IMG/VR virus record: IMGVR_UViG_3300037991_002149
Span: 1 to 34,962 of that record
Source of the DNA: a virus
Taxonomy: Duplodnaviria; Caudoviricetes
Strand: one strand, 5' to 3'
Length of the DNA stretch: 34,962 nucleotides
The notes beneath the pieces were generated by a model, which was not told the DNA's origin, did no database searches, and saw only the letters and a program-made list of their open reading frames with translations. Made by a program: the position numbers and the translations under genes. Positions 25,056 to 34,962 of the stretch are shown here, piece by piece (position 1 is the stretch's first letter; every line of letters starts with the position of its first letter).

Positions 25056-26569
25056 TGAGTGACCCTATAGATGAGTTAATAGAAGAAGAAGAAGTTGTAG
25101 AAGAAACAGAAGATGTTTCTGAAAAAGAAGTAGGGCGACTTGTTGCTAATAGCGTATATGGCTATGTAGAAAACATGGTTAATATGCCTGTTTTCTATTT
25201 TGATTTTGGTGAACCTACTGTATCTGCAGGTGCAAGAGGTATGGCAATAGAAGGCTATATACCATCAGAAGATAGTGGTTATTTTTCATTAAAACAATTA
25301 ATGACTAAACCTGAATTTTTACAAATACTGCCTAGACAGTTTGAAAGTAGGTATAGAAATATTACAAATTTTGGATTGTCAGAAGAAGATTTAGAAAAAG
25401 AATTACAAGATTTATTTACTGATATAGATACATATTTTACAGCAAATGAAGAAACAAAAGTTGGTAATGAGATTGTTGCTTATGACAAAGAACTTACAGA
25501 TAGAGGTAGCGCTGTAACAACAATTAATTTATATGGTGAAGATACAAATCAACCAACATCATTTAAAGATTTTGTGGATACTATTGATGGTACAAATGTA
25601 CCAACAATAAAAGAACAATCAGCACAAATAGTAAAGGAAATTGAAGAACAAGCAGAACTTGCCACTGCACAACAAATACAAAATAATGCAGATAGTTACT
25701 CTACATCAGGTAATGCGTGGGGTATAACTACCACACAAGAAGGTTATATAGCTAATCCTGAAAAACCTACTGAATTTATGATTGCACCTTTTATTAAAGG
25801 TGATGAGTATAGAGATTTTGTTGATATGAGTGAAGCAGAGATATTTAATTTACAAAAACAAATGGTAAATGCAGGTATGTCGCCACCATCAATAGATGAA
25901 TATGGACAGTGGACAGCAAGAGAAGCAAACTTTATGGTTGGGATATTTGTTGAAGCTACAGATAGTGGCACATGGTTTCAAGATAGTCAAAATAAAGTGC
26001 CAATGTGGACAACTGCTTTGGCAAATGTTACAACAAGTTTTAAAGAAAGAGAAGATTTTACTAACTTACTTAGGTCAGATGGTTATGGTGTACCTGCGCC
26101 AAACCTTTCAACATCACAAATAAAATCTTTATTAGATGGCGCTGCAGCAGCAAATGGCGTTGTTCTTAGCGATAGTGACTATGTAAATTTTGCAAATGTT
26201 GTTATAAAAGCAAGTCAACAATCTGCACAATCACAAATTGATAATGAAAACGCAACAGTTACAGATAGAGATTTAATTTTAAATACAAGATATGGTTCTG
26301 AAAGAAGCTTACAACCAGGAGAATATGCTAGATTTTTAGAAGGTAATCCACTACCGCTTATATTACCTAGTTATGAATTTTTAACACAACAAGCAGGTTA
26401 TCAACCGCCTGTATTGTCTACTGAGGAAATACTAAATGATGAAATTAAAAAATTAAAAAGTAGACAAATAGAAGGTAATCAAGATTTAACAGCTATTAAA
26501 TACGCCACTAATATGTTTGAAACTGCAATGGGCAAATTAACTTATGGTGGCGCAGAAAAGGAAGCGTAA
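25055..26569 (+). CDS. Putative internal virion protein with PG-binding-like motif
   Basis: IFNLQKQMVNAG......YGQW resembles PG_binding_1; TAATG coupling. Confidence 0.55.
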   Translation: MSDPIDELIEEEEVVEETEDVSEKEVGRLVANSVYGYVENMVNMPVFYFDFGEPTVSAGARGMAIEGYIPSEDSGYFSLKQLMTKPEFLQILPRQFESRYRNITNFGLSEEDLEKELQDLFTDIDTYFTANEETKVGNEIVAYDKELTDRGSAVTTINLYGEDTNQPTSFKDFVDTIDGTNVPTIKEQSAQIVKEIEEQAELATAQQIQNNADSYSTSGNAWGITTTQEGYIANPEKPTEFMIAPFIKGDEYRDFVDMSEAEIFNLQKQMVNAGMSPPSIDEYGQWTAREANFMVGIFVEATDSGTWFQDSQNKVPMWTTALANVTTSFKEREDFTNLLRSDGYGVPAPNLSTSQIKSLLDGAAAANGVVLSDSDYVNFANVVIKASQQSAQSQIDNENATVTDRDLILNTRYGSERSLQPGEYARFLEGNPLPLILPSYEFLTQQAGYQPPVLSTEEILNDEIKKLKSRQIEGNQDLTAIKYATNMFETAMGKLTYGGAEKEA

Positions 26570-27507
26570 TGGAAGAAGATAACAACACAGATGTATTTGG
26601 AGGGCTAGATTGGTATAGAGCCAAAACAGTTGAAGAAATGCGTAATGACCTTATAACTATGGCTAATGGTAATTACTTTAATGATGAAGCATCCTATGTG
26701 TTTATGGCAGGTGGAGATGTTGTTATTAGAAGCGGTTTTGAACTTAATGACCAAGCACCTGAAGGACCTGGTGCTGAAGAATATCAACAAATGAGTGATG
26801 AACAAATAGTTCAACAGTATGTATCAAGAATTAAAATGTACCCACCATTAGTATCTATTGCAGACCAACAAGGATTTGCTGAAGCGTATTTACCTGCACT
26901 AGACAATATGAATAATGTTGCATCTGTATTTGGCAATGATGTTCAATATGGTGATGGCATGACTATGGCTAGTGAGATACAAACAGGTGCTATTGGTGAT
27001 TATATACAAACAGGCTTTAAAGATACTAAAGAGTTTTATCAATGGTATTTAAGTGATGTTGCACCTCATCAAGCAGTAATGCAACCAGGTCAAAAACAAG
27101 CAGAGGATTTTAGTATTGTTGATGAAGATTTTTATGAAGAAACAACACCTCCACCAAACACTAGATTTCCTAGAAAACCGCAAACACAACCTCAAAGCAC
27201 AGTGTTTAAACAAGAAGAAGATAGGCAATCAATAGCTGATAGATTTGGCGAAGCAGTTGATAATATACCTGTAGGACCTGTTACAGAAAAAATTAGAGAA
27301 GGTGGTAAACAATTAGAAGAAAGTATTTCAAGAAGTTATTATGGTTTGCTTGAAAAATTAACAAAAGTAGGAGATGGAATTAAAGCAAAAAATAATGAAT
27401 TAATTGATAGAGATAATCAGTTCTTTTTAGAAACACAAACAAACAATGTACCTTTAAAAGATATAATCGCAAGATTGCAAGATTTTAGAGATAACAATGA
27501 TAATTAA
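26569..27507 (+). CDS. Hypothetical acidic virion protein
   Basis: ORF track; coupled. Confidence 0.6.
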   Translation: MEEDNNTDVFGGLDWYRAKTVEEMRNDLITMANGNYFNDEASYVFMAGGDVVIRSGFELNDQAPEGPGAEEYQQMSDEQIVQQYVSRIKMYPPLVSIADQQGFAEAYLPALDNMNNVASVFGNDVQYGDGMTMASEIQTGAIGDYIQTGFKDTKEFYQWYLSDVAPHQAVMQPGQKQAEDFSIVDEDFYEETTPPPNTRFPRKPQTQPQSTVFKQEEDRQSIADRFGEAVDNIPVGPVTEKIREGGKQLEESISRSYYGLLEKLTKVGDGIKAKNNELIDRDNQFFLETQTNNVPLKDIIARLQDFRDNNDN

Positions 27508-27622
27508 AGTTCCTGTTGGAGATTACAGTGAATTACCTGAAGATTTACAAAAATCTTTTAAAGAAGCAAGAGAACAAATAGATAAAACATTTAATGAGCA
27601 AATAGCAACAGACAGGAAATAA
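27497..27622 (+). CDS. Hypothetical 41-aa protein (MIIKVPVGDYSELPEDLQK...)
   Basis: Hand-translated; fills the gap. Confidence 0.55.
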   Translation: MIIKVPVGDYSELPEDLQKSFKEAREQIDKTFNEQIATDRK

Positions 27623-27625
27623 AAC

Positions 27626-30600
27626 ATGGGTTATTCTCCTGAAAGTTCAAAAAAATTAGCAAAACTTCATAGCGAATTAATACAAAAAATGTTACAAAGT
27701 TTTGAAAATGAAGCAATTTCTATTCTTAAATTTAGAAGGCAAGTATTTTTTGATTTGCTACAAAATGATAAAAATGTATATCGTACACATACAGGAGTAT
27801 TTAATGATTTAGTAGATGAGGGTTTAGCGCCTAGAAAACTTAATCCGCTAAAACTAACAGATATAACAAGTTATTTAAAAACTACTCTAAACATGTATTT
27901 AGATAATTCTGGAGAAAGACCAGGGTTAGTAATGTATGACTTAATACATGATAGTGATGATAGTGTGCTTGAATTTGCACACAATGTATTACTTCCTCTT
28001 ATGGAAGAACTTGGAATAGAAAATTTACCTGAAAGAGAACCTATGGTTGATTTCGGTGATGGAAGTCCTCTTGAATTTCCTATCGCTGAAAGAATAAGAG
28101 TTGAAGGCAATGTTAAATTTGGTACTGAAACTGAAACAGAAAGAGCATTGTTAAGAAGAATATACGACAAATTTGATGAGTTTGCAAAAGCAAATCCTGA
28201 TATGACCATAAATGATTTGAAATATTTAAGCAGTATGGATTTTTATACAAACTTAACAAGTTTTTTAGATAGAGAAATTAAAATGCTTGAATTTGGCAAT
28301 ATGTATACTGCTGTGCCAGGAACAGAAGGTGTACGACCTGCATTACATATTATACAGAGTATGTTAGATAGCATTGATGAAATAGCACCTTCTTTGTCCA
28401 AAAATCAACTAGATGAATTAGTTGATTTAATTGATGAATTTGATATGCAAGATTTTATTGGATTTTCAGATGAATTAGAACAAGATTATGGAAAAACAAA
28501 ATTAAATATATCAGATTATGTAGATGTCACAGACACACCTGCTGTTGATAAAACTAAGCGTATACAATTTATAAAAGACAAACTTGCACAATATATGGAT
28601 GATTTTGTTGAACAAGCAAATGCTTACCTTACTAGCAGTGATGATTTAATAACAAATGGATTTTCGTATGTAACTTACAAAAGAGGTCAAGATGCAAAAC
28701 GATTTAGAGAAACTTTTAAAGTAGGATTTATTGAAAGTGGTATTGTAGATTTAGAAATATTATTAAAAAACTCTGCAGACCCTGTGGGTTTTTTACATTC
28801 TTTACATGATGCCCATGCAGCAGGAAATGTAACTGAAAGTTTTCCTCCTTATGTTTCAGAAAAATTATTAGCATCATTAAACCAAAAATATGGGTTAAAT
28901 ACCGCAGGTATGTTAAATACAAGTAGGTTTTTAGGACAAATGTTTGAGGGTGTAACCATTGGAGAACTAGCTGCAGAAGTATTTAATTATCCAAACAGAC
29001 CTGATTTTTATGATATAACACCGATTATTACTAAATTAGAAAAGTATGATAATTACATTGATGACACAGGAAGCGTAGAATTACAAGTTAATCCTGATAG
29101 TCCACAGAATTTAATATTTGAAGATGATGTAGTTGTTTATCATTCAAGACCTGCTGAAACAGGTCCTCTACCTTCTGATGCTAATTTTCATGCAGGTACA
29201 TATCAAGCTGCTATGGATAGAGCATCTTATTTTTACGAAGGTCAAAGTATGCACGAAATGTTAGGTGAAACACTTGTAGAGTTAGATGAAAACCTAAATG
29301 CTGTATTAAATGACATTAATCCATTAGAAGATTACGATACAACATTTGCTGCAGATTATGGCACAACCAACAACAGAACAGAAATTATAGGTCATTTAGA
29401 ATATACCGCAGATGAAGGTCATTTAGAAATTCGTTATTCAATAGATGGAGAATGGGTAGATGGGAATGGTTATCCAATTATTGATGAGTATTATGATGTT
29501 GAGGATATTTCTACATTAAAAGAAATAAGTGGAGATTTAAGCACAGCAGATTATATAGATGCAGAAACTATATTTGAAAAATTACCTTTAGGACCTGGTT
29601 CTGAATTTCAATGGGCTAAAGGTTACGACATATATGAAATATCAATACCTAAAGATGCTACAGTTTTAAATCTTGATGCGCCTATTTCTGTAGTACAGAG
29701 AAGGCAAGAAATAACTATTAGTGGCGATATGCTACAAGAAGCTATAGAAAATGGTTTAAATACAGGATTAGACCCAACTTATGATGATATAACAGAGATA
29801 ACTATAGGCAATAAAACAGTGTCCATAGATGACAGACTTACACCAAAAGCAATAGAAGAATTAGTATTTGGTAGTTATGATGTCGTAGCTTATCAAAACA
29901 ATATAGAAGATGTAGGTAGCACTTCTTATATTATCAAACCAAATTCAAGAGCTACAGTTAGAGCCTTAACAGGACCTAAGCGTAGATTATTTAATAACAG
30001 AGTTATAAGAGCTTTTGTGAGTAACAATCCATTTTTCTTTGGAGAAAGTTTTTTTGATAACAAAAGAAAAATAGAAACAATATTAGGTTTAGTTGAAGAT
30101 GATAGAAAACAAGATGTACAAACAATACTAGAGTTTTATAAAAAAGTAGCAAATGGTGAAGAAGGTTTAGAAACATCTGTCGAAAAAGCAAACCTCGATA
30201 AATTATTTGTAGATGATTTTGACACACCTACAAATGTAGCAGATGATTTTTATGTTGTTACACCTGAACAATTATCAAATGCTATTGAAGAAATAAGAAA
30301 AAGTTTTGGAGATACGCTGCCTGAAATTCAATTTGAAAGCCATCTTGATTTTATAAATCAATTAGAACAAACATTAATGACACAAGGATTTCAAGAAAAA
30401 GTTGGTGGAGAATTAGATGATTTAAGAGTAGTGTTAGATGATTGGCTAACAGGTGGTGGTACATTTGAAGATACAAAATTTTTTAATAACTTTCCTAAAC
30501 TTGAAAACTTACCTGACCCTCAAAACATAAGAGGATTTGTAGCAGCAGCAGGTGGACCTGAAGAAATTAAAGAAGGATATGTAATACCACAATATTTTAA

Positions 30601-31504
30601 AGACAAACCAAATGTACCTTATGTAGACACACCTACAAATGTAGATGGGAATTTAACTGAATATGCTGTAGATGATGTAACTAGAAAACAAGATTTGCAA
30701 GTGCCTGAAGAAGCACTGAAAAGGAAAGGTTTTAAAACTGTAGATGTACCAGGACCAAAAAAAGTGGCAACTTTAGAAATAGATGGCATCTTACATGCAA
30801 GACCTACAAGTAGATTAGGAATGATATTACAAAATTCACCTGAAGAATTGTATTTAATGACACCTGATGGATTAGTAGAAGCAAATACATTAAATGTTTT
30901 AAAATTAGGCAGAGGACCTTTTGAAGTTTTTACTTACGACCAAGCTGATGCACCAACAGCATTTCAATATTTAGAAGAAAATGCAGGTCTGTTTTACAAA
31001 GATGATGTAGCTTTAGATGAAGTTAGTTTTAGCGTTAAAAAACCTGTTAATCCTAGAGGTGTAGAATTTGGTCCTGTTGATGAATTAGATAAAGCTATTG
31101 CAAGTTCAGATGGTGTAGAAAACTTAAACAAAGCAAAAGCTGTAATAAGAAACAACCCTGGTGTATTTAGAAAAGTATTAAATGTTGTAGAAAAACTAGA
31201 TATAGGTGACCAAGTAATACAACAGGTATTGAAACGAGCATTTCCTAGAATAGGTTTATCTGCACTTGCAGGACCTGTCGGTATAGCTTATGCTTTGTAT
31301 GAAACAGCTTTGTTGCTATCTGATGTAGGTAATGCTGCTTATCAAGCACAAACAACAGATGAAAGTTTTTGGGATAATTTTGGTGAGGTATCAGACAAAT
31401 ACTCTATAGCTTACAAAATATCTAAACCTGTTTATGATACATTATTTGAGGCAGTAAAAGCTGACTTAGAAGATGATGATACGCTATACTTGTTAGGAAG
31501 ATAA
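27626..31504 (+). CDS. Large acidic polyvalent protein with ADP-ribosyltransferase-like (ART-PolyVal) domain
   Basis: VVYH...FHAGTYQAA..RA...IYEISI...YDVVAYQN..EDVGSTSYII. Confidence 0.6.
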   Translation: MGYSPESSKKLAKLHSELIQKMLQSFENEAISILKFRRQVFFDLLQNDKNVYRTHTGVFNDLVDEGLAPRKLNPLKLTDITSYLKTTLNMYLDNSGERPGLVMYDLIHDSDDSVLEFAHNVLLPLMEELGIENLPEREPMVDFGDGSPLEFPIAERIRVEGNVKFGTETETERALLRRIYDKFDEFAKANPDMTINDLKYLSSMDFYTNLTSFLDREIKMLEFGNMYTAVPGTEGVRPALHIIQSMLDSIDEIAPSLSKNQLDELVDLIDEFDMQDFIGFSDELEQDYGKTKLNISDYVDVTDTPAVDKTKRIQFIKDKLAQYMDDFVEQANAYLTSSDDLITNGFSYVTYKRGQDAKRFRETFKVGFIESGIVDLEILLKNSADPVGFLHSLHDAHAAGNVTESFPPYVSEKLLASLNQKYGLNTAGMLNTSRFLGQMFEGVTIGELAAEVFNYPNRPDFYDITPIITKLEKYDNYIDDTGSVELQVNPDSPQNLIFEDDVVVYHSRPAETGPLPSDANFHAGTYQAAMDRASYFYEGQSMHEMLGETLVELDENLNAVLNDINPLEDYDTTFAADYGTTNNRTEIIGHLEYTADEGHLEIRYSIDGEWVDGNGYPIIDEYYDVEDISTLKEISGDLSTADYIDAETIFEKLPLGPGSEFQWAKGYDIYEISIPKDATVLNLDAPISVVQRRQEITISGDMLQEAIENGLNTGLDPTYDDITEITIGNKTVSIDDRLTPKAIEELVFGSYDVVAYQNNIEDVGSTSYIIKPNSRATVRALTGPKRRLFNNRVIRAFVSNNPFFFGESFFDNKRKIETILGLVEDDRKQDVQTILEFYKKVANGEEGLETSVEKANLDKLFVDDFDTPTNVADDFYVVTPEQLSNAIEEIRKSFGDTLPEIQFESHLDFINQLEQTLMTQGFQEKVGGELDDLRVVLDDWLTGGGTFEDTKFFNNFPKLENLPDPQNIRGFVAAAGGPEEIKEGYVIPQYFKDKPNVPYVDTPTNVDGNLTEYAVDDVTRKQDLQVPEEALKRKGFKTVDVPGPKKVATLEIDGILHARPTSRLGMILQNSPEELYLMTPDGLVEANTLNVLKLGRGPFEVFTYDQADAPTAFQYLEENAGLFYKDDVALDEVSFSVKKPVNPRGVEFGPVDELDKAIASSDGVENLNKAKAVIRNNPGVFRKVLNVVEKLDIGDQVIQQVLKRAFPRIGLSALAGPVGIAYALYETALLLSDVGNAAYQAQTTDESFWDNFGEVSDKYSIAYKISKPVYDTLFEAVKADLEDDDTLYLLGR

Positions 31505-32688
31505 TGCTTACAGACCAATTTCAATTTCAACCTGAGGAGTTCATCACACTAGATGGCAAGACCTACGCTGTGTTTTTTGACACAGAAACAGGTGGAGATT
31601 TTCCAATACTTGCATTAGTAGATAGTGATAATTTTATGAAAGCAGGAACAACTGTTATAACTTTAGAAGATGAACAAGCATTTGCTGATAGATATGGATA
31701 TATATTTAGAGGACACGAAGATTTACTTGTATCAGACATTCTTACAATTACAGAAGGTAAAGATGCAAAAGATTATCGAACAGTTATGGATATAGAAGAA
31801 GATGCGATAGAAAAAAGAGCAAAAGAAGATGGCATGAAATGGTTGCTAGATAGAGATGTACAAACAGTATTTTTGTCTGCAATACTTACAGGACAACCTG
31901 TTTCAATAGATGATTTGGCAGGTACAGATTGGTTTGATAGTTCTACTCCTGAACAAAGAAATTTTATGGCTGAATATTATGGCGACCCAAATGCTGTAGA
32001 AAACAAAGTAGCAACAAACATAAAAGACATTAGAACCAAAATGTTTGAAATGGGATTTAAAGGTGACATAACTAGACTATCTGAAGTATTAGCGTATGGT
32101 GTGGTGTCAAATCAATACACACCTGAACAAGTAGATAGTTATCTTAGTTACATTGGTGATGAAACTTACATGAATATTGCAGGAGGAATACAAGTTTTAC
32201 CTGAAGAACTACAACAATTTGCAGACCAATTTGAAACTACAGAAGGAATGACAGGTCAGTTTTCTGCTACTTCTTATGTTAAAGATTATCTTGGACCTAA
32301 TGTTCTAGCAGCATACGAAAAAGATGGAACATTACTTCGTTATGCAGGAATGATAAGAAATGGTCAAACACAAAAAGTATTAGATGAACTACAAACATCA
32401 CATGATATTATGTACCCTGCGTTTCAAGGTGCAAAATACAACACATGGAATACACATTTTTCGGATAGGGCATCTAAAACTATAAATGGAACATTAGGAA
32501 TACGAGCAGTAGACTTAACAAAAAATCAACAAGCTACAATAAATGATTTAATTGTAGAAGCTAAAGGTGACTACCAAGAGTTTGACAAGTTAGTAAGAAA
32601 AAATTACAAAAACTCACCTGGTGTTAAAAACACTATAAAAAGTGAAATGTTAAATCTTATACCACAAGCAGTGTCAGGAGTATTTTAA
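31504..32688 (+). CDS. Putative internal virion protein
   Basis: ORF track; coupled; TDWF motif; position in the operon. Confidence 0.6.
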   Translation: MLTDQFQFQPEEFITLDGKTYAVFFDTETGGDFPILALVDSDNFMKAGTTVITLEDEQAFADRYGYIFRGHEDLLVSDILTITEGKDAKDYRTVMDIEEDAIEKRAKEDGMKWLLDRDVQTVFLSAILTGQPVSIDDLAGTDWFDSSTPEQRNFMAEYYGDPNAVENKVATNIKDIRTKMFEMGFKGDITRLSEVLAYGVVSNQYTPEQVDSYLSYIGDETYMNIAGGIQVLPEELQQFADQFETTEGMTGQFSATSYVKDYLGPNVLAAYEKDGTLLRYAGMIRNGQTQKVLDELQTSHDIMYPAFQGAKYNTWNTHFSDRASKTINGTLGIRAVDLTKNQQATINDLIVEAKGDYQEFDKLVRKNYKNSPGVKNTIKSEMLNLIPQAVSGVF

Positions 32689-33842
32689 TGGCTATATCAT
32701 CAGAAGTATTATCAGAATTTTCTATATCTAAAGGCATAACAAATGTAGATGAAGATGGTGTGGTGCAATCTGTATATGTATTTGATACTGAAACAAACAG
32801 TTATGATGAAATATCAAGCGAAGAAGATTTAAGAACATACTTTTCTAACAATCCAACAGGTCGTGCTATTTCTTCGGAACTATATAGTAATCAATCGTAT
32901 GGTTTAGATACACAAAGCGCTATGGCAGAACTAAGAACTGCAGAATTAGGCGCACAAAATTTAGTTAATGAGTTTCTTAGACAATCAAAAGATATGGGTT
33001 TATATAGCCCACCAACAGCTACAGAAGTATTTGATGAAGAAGAAGTAGAAGAAGTGCCTACATCACAAGAACTAAAAGCATTATATCCATGGATGACAGA
33101 TGGTATGTTAAACATATTGCTTGATGGTGAAGGTGGATATGTAGAAACAGGCAAGATGAATGTAGCATTAGCAAGTATGAGAGCATCAGAAGAATACGCC
33201 AAGACATTTCCTGGCATTGCAAGAGAAGATGGAACTTTGAGAATGACAGAAAGTCAATACTACGAAACAGTGGATGTTATGAAAGATACTTTAAGAGATT
33301 ACAATCTAAATCCTGAAATATTCCAAAACGATATAGCTTCTGCTATAGCAGGAGATGTAAGCGCAAAAGAGTTTGCAGAAAGATTAGAGTTTGGTTATTC
33401 GCAAGTTATAAATAACATACCGCAAGTTAAAGAAGTTTATTTTAGAGAGTATGGTTTAGATTTATCAGATGAAGCATTGTTTGCAATGTTTGTATCACCT
33501 GACATAGCAGATAGTGTGTTAGAAAATCAAATACTTGTTAGTTCAATTATTGCAGAGGCAGAAACAGCAGGTGCATCAATTACAAAACAAGGTGCAATGT
33601 CTTTTGCACAAGCAGGAATAACACAAGCACAGGCAAGAGAAGTGTTTGGTCAAGCAGTAAGCATAGCACCTGGATTATCAGACATGACTACAACAGCAAT
33701 AGCAAGAGGTATAGCAGGTTTAGACCCTGAAGCATTAGCAAATATTCGTAGAGGACAAGCTATTAGAGCCTCTGCATCATCACCTACAACAGGTGCAGCA
33801 CAATCACAAACAGGAGAAGTAGTAGGTTTAACCGAAGGATAA
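32688..33842 (+). CDS. Putative internal virion/pilot protein
   Basis: Y...FPG...MTESQY...IAGDVSAKEFAERL pattern; Ala/Gln-rich C-terminus. Confidence 0.6.
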   Translation: MAISSEVLSEFSISKGITNVDEDGVVQSVYVFDTETNSYDEISSEEDLRTYFSNNPTGRAISSELYSNQSYGLDTQSAMAELRTAELGAQNLVNEFLRQSKDMGLYSPPTATEVFDEEEVEEVPTSQELKALYPWMTDGMLNILLDGEGGYVETGKMNVALASMRASEEYAKTFPGIAREDGTLRMTESQYYETVDVMKDTLRDYNLNPEIFQNDIASAIAGDVSAKEFAERLEFGYSQVINNIPQVKEVYFREYGLDLSDEALFAMFVSPDIADSVLENQILVSSIIAEAETAGASITKQGAMSFAQAGITQAQAREVFGQAVSIAPGLSDMTTTAIARGIAGLDPEALANIRRGQAIRASASSPTTGAAQSQTGEVVGLTEG

Positions 33843-33860
33843 ACTGCTTGTTTAAACAAC

Positions 33861-33887
33861 TTGCACATTAAAAATATATGATATAAT
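33861..33887 (+). promoter_or_regulatory. Promoter for scaffold/capsid (TTGCAC...TGaTATAAT)
   Basis: Extended -10 consensus; TGTTTAAACA lies just upstream (33849-33858). Confidence 0.65.
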
Positions 33888-34063
33888 AACCTTAGCTATT
33901 TTGTACTAAGGTCCGAAATAAAAACTAGACCTAGATTTTGTAATCGGTCTTGATGCCTACTGACAAGACCTGTCAAATAAAAACAGTAGTGTAAGAATAA
34001 AATGCAGTGGTTACTCATACACCACTTGTAAAAATATCGTGTGAAGTAAAGGACAATTAAATA

Positions 34064-34513
34064 ATGACAGAAGAACAAAACAATTCTGACACAGGCGATA
34101 AGAATTGGAAAGAGATGCGAGAAAAACTCGAACTCTACGAAGGAAAAATCGCAGAATACGAAGCTAAAGAAAGAAGCACTGTTTTTAACCAAGCAGGACT
34201 TGATACTTCTAAAGGTGTCGGAAAAGCAGTTGAGATGATGTTTGAAGGTGAACTTACTGTAGACAATATCAGACAATATGCTACTGAAGAATTTGGTGTT
34301 GATTTTGGGCAAGAAGGCGGATTACAAGATACTGTACAAGAAGCAGAGAAAAGTCAAGAACGCTTAAATAATATTCAAAATAATTCAGTTGTAGATTTAT
34401 ATAATACAGATGTTGTTTCACAAGTTCGTGAGATTGAAAAATCAGGAAATGTCAGGAACTCAATCGCTGCTAAGTTATCTGTTATAGAGGAAGCAAAGAA
34501 AAACTCTAAGTAG
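34064..34513 (+). CDS. Capsid scaffolding protein
   Basis: Acidic coiled coil directly before the major capsid gene. Confidence 0.7.
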   Translation: MTEEQNNSDTGDKNWKEMREKLELYEGKIAEYEAKERSTVFNQAGLDTSKGVGKAVEMMFEGELTVDNIRQYATEEFGVDFGQEGGLQDTVQEAEKSQERLNNIQNNSVVDLYNTDVVSQVREIEKSGNVRNSIAAKLSVIEEAKKNSK

Positions 34514-34570
34514 ATTTCTAAACTTCTTCAAAAGACAATTAAAACAATTAACTTATAGGAGAAGATAAAA

Positions 34571-34962
34571 ATGGCAGACATATCGTTAACTAACAATACG
34601 ATTTATGCACAAAATATTAACAACTTTAGTGGTGAATTGTTTAAAGTTGGTGGTCAAAGAACACCTTTATTGTCAGCAGTTGGTGGTTTGAATGGTGGTA
34701 AAGTATTAAATTCTACATATTGGCAAGTCCAAGTAGAAGATAATGCAACCATTTCTTCAGAGCCAACAAAAGGACAAGAAGGTTCTACACCTACAGAATA
34801 TCTTGGTAGAGATAGAGCAGCATATACTTATGTAACTCAAATCTTCCATAAAGGTGTACAAATGACTTACACAGCTTTAGCATCAACAGGCAATCAAAAT
34901 CCTTTTGACTTGTCAGCTAATATTGCTAACGCATCAGATGGTGATGGAACAGTAACAGCAGC
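34571..34962 (+). CDS. Major capsid protein (DUF5309/SU10-like), 3'-truncated
   Basis: AGGAG RBS. Hand translation MADISLTNNTIYAQNINNFSGELFKVGGQRTPLLSAVG...EG...VTQIFHKGVQMTYT shows the TP.LS and TQIF.K.V motifs. Confidence 0.8.
   Translation, partial: MADISLTNNTIYAQNINNFSGELFKVGGQRTPLLSAVGGLNGGKVLNSTYWQVQVEDNATISSEPTKGQEGSTPTEYLGRDRAAYTYVTQIFHKGVQMTYTALASTGNQNPFDLSANIANASDGDGTVTA

Larger units (their letters stand above)
2893..33858. repeat. Dispersed palindrome TGTTTAAACA (19 copies found)
   Basis: Starts at 2893, 3752, 4440, 5006, 5548, 6193, 7354, 8652, 9312, 9727, 10035, 10711, 11214, 12016, 12594, 12808, 19183, 27203, 33849. Confidence 0.92.

Noticed and set aside
14742-34312. Numerous antisense or alternative-frame ORFs inside late genes
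   Set aside because: These are shadow ORFs of long coupled plus-strand genes and lack RBSs.
1-34962. DGR, retron, transposon, integrase or alternative genetic code
   Set aside because: No reverse transcriptase, transposase or recombinase motifs were seen, and standard-code ORFs tile densely with TAA, TAG and TGA all used as stops.

Overview
This window is most of an AT-rich (roughly one third GC by eye) tailed-phage genome. Its gene content suggests a podovirus-like phage of a low-GC actinobacterial host, which is an inference. Layout: (i) 1-3758 (+) holds an acidic coiled-coil protein, a lysis cassette (membrane protein, DUF5675-like protein, r1t-type holin) and a metallophosphoesterase. 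(ii) 3738-11949 (-) is an early/middle arm of small genes (PD-(D/E)XK nuclease, lytic transglycosylase, Rad52/Sak recombinase, HTH, SprT-like protease) interleaved with structured non-coding blocks. (iii) About 12.0-13.5 kb is a divergent control/terminus region. (iv) 13551-end (+) is a late operon: basic micro-proteins, terminase, portal, large putative ejection proteins, scaffold and the start of the major capsid protein. The most striking unexplained signals are in the early arm. I count 19 exact copies of the palindrome TGTTTAAACA, 16 of them between 2.9 and 12.8 kb, often at the apex of intergenic hairpins. There are also five non-coding cassettes in which 20-22 bp inverted repeats enclose variable 46-179 nt inserts; three of these form a tandem array with a shared TAGATAGCTTG/CAAGCTACCTA repeat. 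Every mismatch in these five stems is a G-U wobble on the minus strand, which points to a processed small-RNA array. Other candidates are tandem NrdR-like boxes, paired arginine-rich peptides, and ADP-ribosyltransferase-like and SAM-lyase-like domains inside putative virion proteins. All family assignments come from motif recognition by eye, without database searches.
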